A stretch of DNA of 64,000 nucleotides. Source: Cyanophora paradoxa CCMP329 (lineage: Eukaryota; Plantae; Glaucophyta). Both the position numbers and the translations under genes were made by a program. The stretch's first letter is position 1. Every line of letters begins with the position of its first letter. Location of the stretch: NCBI GenBank assembly GCA_004431415.1, contig QPMI01000667.1, forward strand, positions 1 to 64,000, written 5' to 3'. Below are positions 12,861 to 23,867 of the stretch, piece after piece. The notes beneath the pieces were generated by a model that saw only the letters and a list, made by a program, of their open reading frames with translations, did not search any database and was not told where the DNA came from.

Positions 12861-14808
12861 ATGGCCCGAGTCGCTGTGGTTCAGATCAGGCCTGAGCTCG
12901 CTCTGGATCGTTCCACCGCGGACCATAATCGATTGAGGTGCGCCGCCTGCGTCTCCGTGCGGCGCGGGCGCCGCTCTATCCGCCCCGCTGTCCCTCTTGG
13001 TCATCCTTCTAGTTATGAAGAACCAGCCGCGGTCGGCGAGCGCGATCCGTCCAGCAGCATCAGGCTCATTGCTCTTCAAACTCCGCAGGGCGGAACTCCT
13101 GCTGGCATCAAAGCTAAAGAACGCCACGGTTGATGTAATCGTGCTCCCTGAGCTCGCCTTCCATGGTTCGCGCCGGTCACGCGCTGTCCGTTCCGCTCTG
13201 CACGTTCCGAACTTCCGCTGCAGGCTACAACTTCCGCGACCGGCAGGAGATCGAGGCTGTTGCGGAGCCACCGGATGGCACAACGTATAAGTGGTGCAGC
13301 CGCATGGTGCGTTCAGCGTGCCTGTTCTCAACTGAACTCCAGCTCACTGACATTCGACCACTCCTAGGCCCAGACGTACAATGCCTACGTTGCGGCGGGC
13401 TATCCCGAGGTTGACGGAGAGTGTATGTACAATAGCGTCTGTTTTGTGGGGCGGGACGGAAGGCTTTTGACCACCTACCGCAAGCACTTCCTGTACGAGG
13501 TGTGCAGGGCGCAGACTGGCGTGCAGGGATCGTGTCTCACTCGCGCACGTCCAGACGGACACGATCTGGGCAACGGAGGGCCCCGGGTTCCAGTTTATCG
13601 ACGTCCCCGACCTCGGCAGGGTGCGCCGGCTTCCCGAGTGCCGCTCAGCCCGCGTCCAATTCATGCGCCCCCAGGTTGGCTTCGGGATCTGTATGGACAT
13701 CAACCCGCGCGAGTTCCGGTCGCCTTTCACCGCGTTCGAGTTCGCGCGGTACCACCTCTTGGCCCGCACAAGTGCGCCCCCCGGCTCCCCTTCCTGGCGC
13801 ACGGGGCTTTCCCCGGATTGCTGACCGCCCCGGGCCGCACGCAGACTTGGTGCTCTTCAGCGCGGCGTGGCTGCACAGGAGCCAGCCGAAGGGTGTGCGG
13901 GTGGAGGCGCGGGAGGGGGACGTGCAGGTGATGGACCTCGACGAGACCTCGTCGGGCTCTAGCGACTGCGAGTCGCTACCCGGCGAGGACGATGCCGAAG
14001 AAGGCGCCGCGGAGAGCGAGAGCGCCAGCGAGGACCGCGAGGCCCTCCAGCGATTCGTTACGGCCGCCACCTCCGCGGGGGCCAGCCGCGGGGGACACCG
14101 GCCCGCGCCCCGCGCCACAGCGGCCGAAGCGACGACCCCTGCGGCCCCCTCGCCCAAGTCGCCGGATAGCCCGACGCAGGAGCCCTGCCCCCCGCCCCTC
14201 CCGCGGCGTCGCTCGGTCTCCTTGCCCGGCCAGGTCGTCCTCGACACGGGAGCCCGCCCCGCGTCGGCGCCGGCCCCCGCGGCGGCTGTCGAGCGGCCCC
14301 GCCCGAAGCCGACGCGAACCCAGCTCTACTGGCTGACCCGGCTCGCCCCGCTCCTGGGCCGCCCAGTGGCCTTCGTCGCCGCCAACCGCATCGGCACCGA
14401 GCGGAGTGCGCTCCCCGCATCCCCCACCATGCCTGCTAGCCCTGACGAGGCTGGCGATCTCCCGCAGATGTTCGCTTCGCGGGGGGCAGCTGCGTGATAG
14501 ACCTGCGGACAGCGGCCGTCGCGGCAAGCATGGGCTCGAACGACGAGGGCGTCCTCGTGGCCTCCTTCCCCGTGCCCCGCGCCATCGCGGCTCCCGGCTC
14601 GCTCCTGTACCCCGGACTTCACCTGCCCACCCTGCCCTCGCTCGCGGACTGCTTCGCGGGAGTCCTCCCCTCCATACCCTCGCTGCAGCTCCCCTCGGGG
14701 CCGAGTCCGTCCACAGCTCTCGGCCTTGCCGGCGCAGGCTACTTCCTTGCCTCCCGTTACTCCGCGGGCGTCAGCGTCCCATGTATTCTCCCTTCGCTCT
14801 TTTGCTAG
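12861..14808 (+). CDS. NTA1: Nitrilase-superfamily protein N-terminal Asn/Gln amidase (yeast Nta1-type); first exons and 3' end approximate
   Basis: VIVLPELAFHG|YNF (catalytic E), GYPE, YNSVCFV, YRKHFLYE|TD (catalytic K), GICMDINP..F..PF.AFEFA (catalytic C), SAAWL, YWLTRLAPL, ANRIGTE. This motif set matches Nta1. Confidence 0.85.
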
Positions 14809-15165
14809 CCCCGCGCGAGATCGAAGCAGTATTTCTCGCTCAAGCTTGTACAGGTATTATTGCTGCCTCACGCAGGTTGTACTTTTTGGTTTGGCTGCCC
14901 ATGCAGCTGCTGAGATCGTGTAGACGGACCCCGTCGCTAAATTTTGCTTCTCTTAGGTTTCGAAACCGTAAGGGACACAACAGTTTTCAGACAGTTGCAT
15001 AGGATAAGATCTGCGAGTGTTTAATTAGACAGCGTAGTCCGGAACTCAGTCATCTGCGTATACAGCTTTGATTTTGTTGTCCCGGTCGACGTCGAGCGCA
15101 AGAATACGGCAAAAATACGATTCCTTTTAATGTCACAGTGGTTCTCGTGTCACATACTTGTTCCC

Positions 15166-16291
15166 TCATACGGTCTTCTTCGCGGCCTGGGCCCTGGGGC
15201 CGGGGGCGGCAGGCCCCTTGCCGGCGGCGCCGAGCGGGTCGTACAGGAGGTTCTTGATGAAGGCGTGGCCCACGAAGAAGGCGATGAGGCCCGCCTCGAA
15301 GAGCCGCGCGTCCTTCACGAAGGGGTTCCCCTCCGGGAAGAGCGGCGACGGGAACGCTACGAGGAAGTACAGCAGGCCGCAAGACAGGGCCGACTTCGAA
15401 GACCTGCCGGCGCGCTTCGGGGACCGGCCTCGGCGGGGGCCAAGGAACGCCGCAGCTGTGCGCACCAGGTGGGGGACCGGATCTCGCCCGGAGTCGTCTT
15501 GTCGCCGCTCAAGTACCTGTCCATGTTGCCCCAGAGCGTGCCGCCGAAGCCTGCGGGGGCGTCAAGGCTCGCAGAAGCGCGGAAGGCAGGTGAGGAAGCA
15601 AACCCCAGAGGCTCCCCATGACAACTGTGGAAAACATGGCGCCGGGGTACTTGGCCGCCGTGCGGGTCACGCCCTAATGTAGAGGTGAATCCAGGAACGA
15701 CAGAGACACGTAACCGAAAACAGTGCAGACAGTGACGATTACGCGCGTCCGCGAAACCTGCCCCAGCGCAAATAGGACGGCCTTCGGGGCATTAGCGCTT
15801 TTCTGCGCGCTTGCGGCGAGTGCAGCGCACCCGCAGCGGAGCGATTCTGCGCAGAGCCTTGAATACAATATCTCCGGGGGAGAGCAGCACGGCGACCCTT
15901 CACAGCGGATGTTGAGCAGTTGCTGACCGCGCGCAGCATCGCGGGCTGCGGCGGGCGGCCCGCGCACCAGCACGCAGCGAAAATAGCGACGACCTTGTCG
16001 TTCGCCGCCCATTTCACGGGGTCGCCGATGAACAACGAGCCCATCGTCGAGCCGCCGAAGCAGGACATGAAGCTGAAAAGGAAGTGCCTGAGCGGAGATT
16101 GGGCTCAGCTGCGCGCAAGCGAAACGGAGCGTACACGCACACCAGACCCAATTCTTGCCGAGGGAGTCGTGCCGGACATAGCAGACGTTCACGGCCAGGC
16201 CGACCAGCGCAAGCTCCCATGGCACGGCGTGTATGAAGGCCGAAGCCGTAGCCACGCACTCATTCATCGCTAGCGCGCTGGCTAGGTCCAT
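15166..16291 (-). CDS. TRIC (TMEM38)-family trimeric intracellular cation channel
   Basis: Several hydrophobic segments, including FMSCFGGSTMGSLFIGDP, PKAVLFALGQVSRTRVIV, GFGGTLWGNMDRYLSG and EIRSPTW-SSKSALSCGLLYF, which resemble the two Gly-rich TRIC repeats and the E..PS..TK motif. C-terminal KKTV resembles a KKxx ER-retrieval signal. Confidence 0.7.
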
Positions 16292-16397
16292 CGCGGCGAC
16301 GCTGCGGACTCTCCAGTGCAGAAGAGGGGTAGGGGGGTCGAGGGAGGAAGAGGGGGGGTACGGCGGTGACGAAGTGCTGTTGTGCAGCGTTTCCAAG

Positions 16398-19300
16398 ATG
16401 AGCAGCTCGCTCAGCCTAGTGGATCATGGCGCGAGCCCCAGCAGCGCCCTGCAGCGGCTTTTGGCCCAGAAGAACCAGGCAAGCCGGGCATGGCGTTGCT
16501 CTAGATGCTCGGAACAGGGCGTGCAGCTGGCTAGCACAGAGCTTGTAATCGTGGAGAAAAACATATTCCGCTACATAGATTTTTCCGCCGCAGCGCTTAG
16601 CTAATTGCGATTCGAGCTGACGTCCGCCTTAGGAGCTGGAAGACAGGAACAAGCTGCTGCTCCAGGCCCGTGCAGCTATCGAGAAGATGCAGATCGAAAT
16701 CGAGGCAGTTCGAAGCGCCGAAGACCTGCAGCGCCGGCAGACCCGCCGCGCGTACGAGGACTCGCAGTCGAGCCTCACATCTCTCCAGGAGGCCCGCAGG
16801 CCGAGATATGGTGTGAAGCAGCTTTCTGACGTTGCCGGGTCCGCAGGCGCTTCGCCATCAGGAAGAGAAGGAGCGTGGCCACCTGAATGAGATCAGCTCC
16901 TTGCGGACCCAAGTGGCGGAGCTGCAGGCTCAGTTGGCCGTGCAGAACACAGTCCGTGAGGAAGTCAAAGACCTGCGTAACAGATCGCTGCTGGTACAGT
17001 ATAGCTGCGGGCTGCGCCGGGGCCCCCACCCTAAACCTGATGCAGACCCCACACGCAGCTAGAGGAGCAGCTCCGCGAGAAGGACGTTGAGCTGTCCGAG
17101 GCCCGACGCAAGATCACCGATCAGGCACTGGAACTTCAAGTGAATGCGGGCTGACTCGTCGGCTGATGCCGAATTCGCCCTGACTTGTGTTCCAGATCAA
17201 AAGCTCTGCTGCTGGGCAGCTGAATGTGAAGCTTGAGGAGCGGGATCGGGTGTTGCGCCAGCGCGAATCCGATCTACGTAGCGCTGTTCGCATTTGAATT
17301 CCTGCATCGGCTTTTTTCGGCTTGAATTACGTTATCGAACAGGAATCGCGGGAGCGCCAAATGGAGAGCGAGATGGCTATGATGCAGGAGGAAATTGCTC
17401 GTTTGAGGGACCAGATGAAGTTACGGGAGAGCGAGCTCATCTCACGGTCATTAATTGCATTGCTTTAATGGAATCTCGAAAGCTGAAATCTGGCGACAGA
17501 TTTGAGAGGGAGAAACGAGAGATTGAGGGACACATGCGTGCAGAGGGCGATGCAAGGACAAACATGATCCAGTCCCGTGCGTTGAACCCGTCTTCTCTCC
17601 GTCTCCACGACAGCGCGAAAGGTCCGTGCAGGGATACAAGAGCTTGCTGTCAAGGAAGCATCCCTTTCTGCACAGCTGTCCGAGCTCCACACGTCTTCCG
17701 ACACACGTGTTGCTGCCGAGCGTGCAAAGAGTGCTGAGCTAGAGCGGCGCCTTCAAACAGAAACGAGAAGGTTCAAGCAGCTTTTGCAGGCAAAGCAAGA
17801 AGAGCTGGAGAAGATGCAGCGCATTCATGATCAAGATGTCATCAAAGCACGGGAGCTGATGGCGTCAGAGCTACAGGCCCAGGTTTGCCGCAAAGAGATG
17901 CACGCTCGCTTGTCAATAACACAGTGTTTTTAGAGAGCTCAAATGCAGTCACTGATGTCAAAGAAGGATGCTGGCGAGGTGAGTCTTTGGATTGTTGGTC
18001 ATCTTTCAATTCTTCGTTTGCTTCCCAATGATCGAAATGTCCCAACAGAAACTTCAAAGTGATGCAAATGCACTCCTCTCCAGCATTTCGGCTCAGGTGA
18101 ACGAGCTGAAGAAAGAGCTATTTTCTGCCATGGACAATGACGTTGTTGAAGGGCATGTGAATGTCTGGTGAGCTCTGTATTTCAATTCTTTTCATTATCG
18201 CCGTTCAACCCTCTGCTTTAGGCACAGAATGATTCTCGAGCGGTTGAAGACGCTCATTGACTCAGTGGATCAAAAGATCCTCCGCTCAACATCAACTCCC
18301 TGGCAGCGTTTCGGGCTGCAGCAGGAGCCCTCCGTGGATCCTCTCAGCCATCGTGCCTTGTGGCCAACTTCAAAGTCGGTTGGGAGTGTCAAAGTTCCGG
18401 ATGATGTTCACGAGCTGAGGAAGATTGTCACGAGCTCCTGCCGTCAACTTGGTGTGGACGATGCCCAATCACTCCCTGCAGTCATCACAAGGTGCAGTGT
18501 AGCCCTATGATGTGCAAACGTTTCTGACTCGACACAAAGGACGGCCAAGCTTGTCACCTCCATTCCACCTCTTGAGAAATTCATCGATGATGTAATGTCG
18601 ATTGTGAAAAGGCATCGCTCCCTGGAGGGAAGCATCATCAAGGATGATGACCAGCCCCTCATTCGCCACCCAGAGGCTGGCACCCCTGAAGATGCTCTTA
18701 TCGAGATACAGTCCTGGTCAGAGTCCCTGCGCAAGTCTGGGGAGATCCGTCTTCTCAAGAAGCAGGTTGTCAAAGCGCTTAGGTGAGCATCCTCGCATGG
18801 TGCTCTCTGGACTGATCTGACATATCCCCTGTAGGAAGAGGTCTGTGGGAAGCGAAGACCTTTCGACCAGGCGGGCTACAAATGAGAGAATCATCAATTC
18901 GGTGGGCCCTTTGTTGCACCCCCGGGAAGGAGGCCTGCTGATCATCGTTGCTAGATTCGTGAGCTTGTACTTAATGAGAGAAGTTTCATAGCCATCCAGC
19001 ACCACTTCCATGATGCAGAGACCCTGATGAAGGCATGCTTTATCCCTAACTCAACCTGCAAAAGCTTCTCAATACAGTATCAAATCGCAGGTCAAACCTG
19101 ACGTCATCACTCACAAGATTGTGTCTGTCTTCCAGTCGCTATTCTCTGTGAAAGGTATCTTTCTATCTGCATGGCCTTCCTGATCGTGATCGGACGTCCT
19201 TATTTCCTCATCCAGGTCTCCACCACGTTCTCCCGCGCATGCATGATGGTGAGTTGTCGAAACTGCTATAAGTCTGCCCTGCCCCTCGCATTTCCTGAGA

Positions 19301-19455
19301 ATCTAAACCTCGCAGTCTACGTGGAGCACAACGACTACCAGCTAGCCTTCAAGCTCATCCGCTCCATGCTCAAGCTCAACTCGGATGCGTCTGTCTCAGA
19401 GGTCCTCAACGGCATCAGAAGGGTCGTCTGTGCTCAGATGGGCACAGCTGTATAA
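16398..19455 (+). CDS. Coiled-coil centrosomal/basal-body protein, CEP70 (CRC70)-like
   Basis: Long coiled-coil exons (EKERGHLNEISSLRTQVAELQAQL, ELERRLQTETRRFKQLLQ). C-terminus KIVSVFQSLFSVKGLHHVLPRMHDVYVEHNDYQLAFKLIRSMLKLNSDAS resembles the CEP70 C-terminal domain. ATG 16398, TAA 19453-19455. Confidence 0.65.
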
Positions 19456-19925
19456 CCCTCTGGAATTTTGCGTAGCATCACGCAAACTGTTGAAATGAGA
19501 AGTAACATGCAATGCGTTAGCGTAGACGTCGACACGATAGCTAGCTGCATCCTTGCGCCTGGGCTACACTCGCAATTGCCCATGGGCAGGTGCGGATCCG
19601 ATATCGATCGCTGTTAACGTTGCCGGCCCCCCGCCGGCGCGAGCGCCGCCGCCACGGCTGGCACGGACGACTAGCTCAGTGACGCGTACGGGTGCAGATC
19701 ACGTCGTGGTGGGCCGGGCCGGCCGCGCGGGAGCCCGGAATCCTGCGCCGCAATCGTACCCCCCTTCTGGTGAAGACTGAAGAAGCCGAAGACAGTGAAC
19801 TTCGCTGAGCCAGTACTAGTGCCGGTACTAGCGTATCGAAAGTCCGCATAGTTAGCTAGCAACGCTGTCGCCTGTAGCCTAGCCGCTGAGCAGCGCTCGC
19901 AGCTAGATTGACGCAAACAAAGTAA

Positions 19926-21179
19926 ATGGGCTCGCGGGGATCGCGGCACCGGCATCCGCCGCCGCAGCCGCATCGACCACCGCCGCCGCCGCCGCCGAAG
20001 CAGCTGCCCGGCCCGGCCGTCAAGCCGCCAGTCCCAGTACACCTGCCGCCGCCGCCGCCGACTCCAGGGCCCGTCGTAGCACCAGATTATCTATGTAGAG
20101 AGGGAGACTATCGGGGCAAGGCGATGCCCAAGGTCCGCTACAGTTCATCGCACCGCGGTGGGCGGAACTGTGAGCGTACGCACAGGCATACGCGATCCAG
20201 CTTGTGGCCAATCCGAAGATGTGCTGGCATTGGATCGATGGCACCGATGAGATAGAGGCGAGTCTGCGATTTCCAACGCCGAGCATTCGTGCAAATGTAA
20301 CTTGCTGTTTTTCGGGTGGGTGGCGCAGGTCTCCGACGAGTGCAACATCAAGTGCGTCCTCTCGGCTCCTCCGACGTTGCAATATGTATGGGGCTTGCTA
20401 TCGGACTCTTATGTTTATTCCCGCTGCCGCAGCGACCCTGCATATCAATTCAAGTTTGACACTAGTATGAGAATCCAGTCAGTGAAGCACAACAAGTGCG
20501 TCTCTTTTGTGGCCGTCATCCCTCGCATCCCCCTTAAACCCCGTGGACCCTCTCTTAAACCCCGTGGACCCTCTTACAGTAAATGCCTGGATCTGTCTTC
20601 TTCAAAATACAAGGTGCAAGAGTTTCAAATGATGGATATTCTATTCTCATGCTTGGTGTGCAGACGGGCGACACTGTCAAGGGTGGGACCTGCGGAGACA
20701 GGCCGACGGAGAAGTTTTTGGGGAACATGGTGAGAGGAAAATGTTTTGCTTATGGAGACAGCTGTAGTTGAAGGCCCAGACGCAGAACAAGTACCTGAAG
20801 ATCTTCAAGGGCTGTGAGCAAGGAACAAACAAGCACATCAAGGGCTACGCTTCTGGGTGAATTCTCGTCAGACTTCGGTTCTGTTTATTGCCCTGGACCC
20901 CTTATCTCTTTTCGTCAAGGTATGGCCGCTTCCATGTGCTCAACGAGCTCACAAAGTGTGTGGGCATCGAGGGGAGCTCTGGGGAATTCACTGGCAAGCA
21001 TCCCTTGGCACTGGACGAATGCAGTGTGGGTGCGTGCCAGAGGCTCACATGTTATGCCTCCAGACCGCCTGGCATATTCTGACCATGCACTCTCTTCAGA
21101 TCTAAAAGACCAGGTTGACGCCTCTTCCCCTCTTTCCCCCCCGGCCCTGGAGACAGTCCAGTCCCCACCCAGTCTCTAA
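19926..21179 (+). CDS. Proline-rich protein with Cys-containing ricin-B (beta-trefoil)-like region; possible N-myristoylation
   Basis: MGSRGS start and poly-Pro tract, followed by exons LVANPKMCWHW, YQFKFDTSMRIQSVKHN-KCLDL, KGGTCGD and GRFHVLNELTKCVGIEG..LALDECS, similar to the ricin-B 'I.s....CLD' repeats. Confidence 0.5.
20533..20574. repeat. 21-bp perfect tandem duplication inside an intron
   Basis: cttaaaccccgtggaccctct x2 immediately before the acceptor tacag. Confidence 0.9.
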
Positions 21180-21448
21180 CTTAAAGGCCCGGTACGATCA
21201 CGTAGGACTGGCAAATCGTCCCCGTCAAGCAGTAAGTCTTGATTCCCTCCCAAGTGTTTTCGAACCATTTGGTTGATTAGTATCTACATTTCAGGCTGGA
21301 ACCATACCGAGCAATTGTTGATGAAGAAAATCTCATCTCATCCCAAGACTCGCCAGTTGAGGTGCTGAGTGCCTTTCTGTCAGGCTTTGCTCCTTTCTCA
21401 AGATTCCACGTGTAAAACGCAGTCGGGAGATGTGGATGTCGGTTTTGG

Positions 21449-21502
21449 GGACGATCATGAAAGCGGGCACCTTGCGGACGATCATGAAAGTGGGCACATT
21501 GC
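21449..21502. repeat. 27-bp tandem repeat (2 copies) in convergent intergenic region
   Basis: ggacgatcatgaaagcgggcaccttgc / ggacgatcatgaaagtgggcacattgc. Confidence 0.85.
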
Positions 21503-21826
21503 CCCTGCCCATCTCGCATAAAATGAAACCTTGGATAGCAATTTGTGACGAAATACTTCCGAAATACAGACATAGTCTTGACAATAAACAGCTATATGTC
21601 GAGCGATGGCGGGGTGAAGGAGAAGAGAGGGGGTTGGATTGCAGGGGCGGTGTAGTTTCGTGATGGTTTGCGGGTGTGCTGGGGACGGTCCTCGGGCACT
21701 ACACGGCCATCTGTCATAGATGTGATGGAGTTGGACCGTGCCTGTCGTTGCGCAACCGATACTGCTGGTGATGACCTCCCAGAGTTGGAGGAGTCACTAG
21801 TCAGGGCCAGCACCTATTTGAGCACG

Positions 21827-23072
21827 TCAACCTATGTCTGGCAATGTTGATGGGTTCTGATTCGGGCTGCCATTCACCTTTCCAATCGAACCTCCGGGAC
21901 TCGAGCTTGGATAGCTTGCATCACGAACCATGTCAAAGCTTCGCCGCTGAGGGGGTATGACCGTTGGTCGCAAGGTGGAGTCATCCTTCGATGGAGTGTC
22001 AGGATCTCGCTTCACGTCTGCTAGTGCACTCAGGGCTGGCGTCTTCTCCACTTCTTTGGGTGGGTTCTGTAAGGAGGCAGGCTTCCAATCTGCGGAACTG
22101 GATTAAATCAACCGAAACACATCAGTTTTGCACGTGGCACACCGTATTTCTTCTGCAGAAACGAAGGGCACAGCGTGAAGTCTGTCAATGCACAGAGGAC
22201 AGGCTTTGCACCGCACTTCCGCACCTTCATGGCCTTTACGTGTTCGATGCACTTCTTCCATGCGGTATCCCTGGGCATGCCCCGCAGCTTACTCCAGGCC
22301 TCCCACTTCAACCGCCGCACGAGATCCAGGAACGCGGGTTTGTCGTATCTGTTGTCACCCTTCCAGCCCTGGTGGAAGAGCGCGTACAGCTGAAGCTGCA
22401 GGGCCGTGGGCTTAGGATCGCTCAAGCACGCAGCACGGAGCATTAACCTTCTCTTCGTTGCTCATCTGCCCCGCGAGATCCCGTCCCTCCTGTGCTTCCA
22501 CCAAGAACTCGGCCTGAATCGACTTATCCATGATGTCCCGCACCTGTGTATCCAAATTAGCGTGCGCCTGGCCGTATTTTATGGCACGAGGAATCGAAAC
22601 AGGCAGACGGCGGCATTGAAATCAGCCGGGCCGGAGAGGCTGGAGCCCTGACGCAGGTGCGGACAGCGCGCCCGGATGAGAGAAAGCCTAGCCAGAAGCT
22701 CCAGCACGAACGCCTCTCTAGCTGAAGCTGCGCAACGCAACTGGCTCGAAAACAATGCTTGCAGGCCTCGTGTGCCGGGGCTCCCTGCGCACCGCTTGGA
22801 TTCGATATAACTTGGCGCATGAGCGTGTAGAGCTTGATCTTCTCTCGCAAGTCGGCCGAGTCCATGCAGCCCTTCACTGCTGCAACGGCCTCCTCGAAAC
22901 GCTGGCCGAGGGGGCTTCGTGAGATGCACGAAGCAATCTAGCTTAACTAGCATCGAGCAATCGTGCTAGGCGAGGCCCCAGGAATTGCGGCGCACTTCCT
23001 GCTGCGCCCTGGACCCTCCGATCGAACGCGTAGAAGGACGCCCGCTACTCCAACTAGAGGGGAAGCAGCCAT
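21827..23072 (-). CDS. Acyl-CoA-binding (ACBP)-domain protein, with a probable second degenerate ACBP repeat; start uncertain
   Basis: SNEEK|LQLYALFHQGWKGDNRYDKPAFLDLVRRLKWEAWSKLRGMPRDTAWKKCIEHV is a typical ACBP domain. Upstream RFEEAVAAVKG..REKIKLYTLMRQ looks like a partial repeat. Includes a 10-nt exon at 22143-22152. Confidence 0.75.
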
Positions 23073-23670
23073 CGAAATACTTGGAGTCGCCTAGAAAGCT
23101 GTTTTGCAGGTTAGTTGGCGGAACCACGAACCAGGAACCAGTTAGCCATAGGCAGTATTAGACAGCTGTTAGCGGAGCCAGTGGTAGCAGGCGGGGCGGG
23201 CGCACGAAAAGCAACTGAACATCTTCGCAGCTGAGGAGGCTTACTGCGCCCGGCGGCTGTGGAGCCGCCGAGGCCGGGAAGCGCGGGGCGACAGGCTACA
23301 CGAAGGTGTAAGGTGTATTTTCAGCGATCTGAAGCTCAGAGTCGGGAAAGCTAACGTTGCGGGAGATGCCGCAGAGCGCCCGGCGGCCGCGCGGCTGCTA
23401 ACTGTCGGTTGGGTGGGGTACAGTGCCTGGTCGATACGCAAAGGGGGGTCGAAGCGAAAAGAGCCTCGATATTAAATATTAATCGTACTTGGTATAGCTA
23501 GCGCTATAGCTTTTGCGAGTCCCCTGCTGCCTCAGCATCGGGCTGCCCGCATGGGCCGCATGATGTGGCCCGCATCCCCATATGCATATGCATGGTCGGC
23601 ATCGGGCTGCCCAAATCCCCATGGTGATGACTACAGCTGGCCGCACGGCGGATGCGTGCTTTGCCCCGCC

Positions 23671-23724
23671 GTGCTGGGGTCGTCTTGGGGCAGCGGGGTC
23701 ATCTCGGAGCAGCGGGGTCATCTC
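23671..23724. repeat. 19-bp-period minisatellite (2 good copies and 1 degenerate) within a cluster of short direct repeats (23535-23787)
   Basis: gcagcggggtcatctc at 23690 and 23709; gcatcgggctgccc x2; gtcgatgctgca x2. Confidence 0.7.
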
Positions 23725-23867
23725 CAAGCGTGGTAGAAAAGCACCTTGTCGATGCTGCACGGGATATGAGTGCAGGTCGATGCTGCAATAGGAGATGAGG
23801 GGGAGGGAGCTGGCACCCCTCACACTCTTGGATCGGACCAGATCAGCATGTGCATATCATAGCGGCA

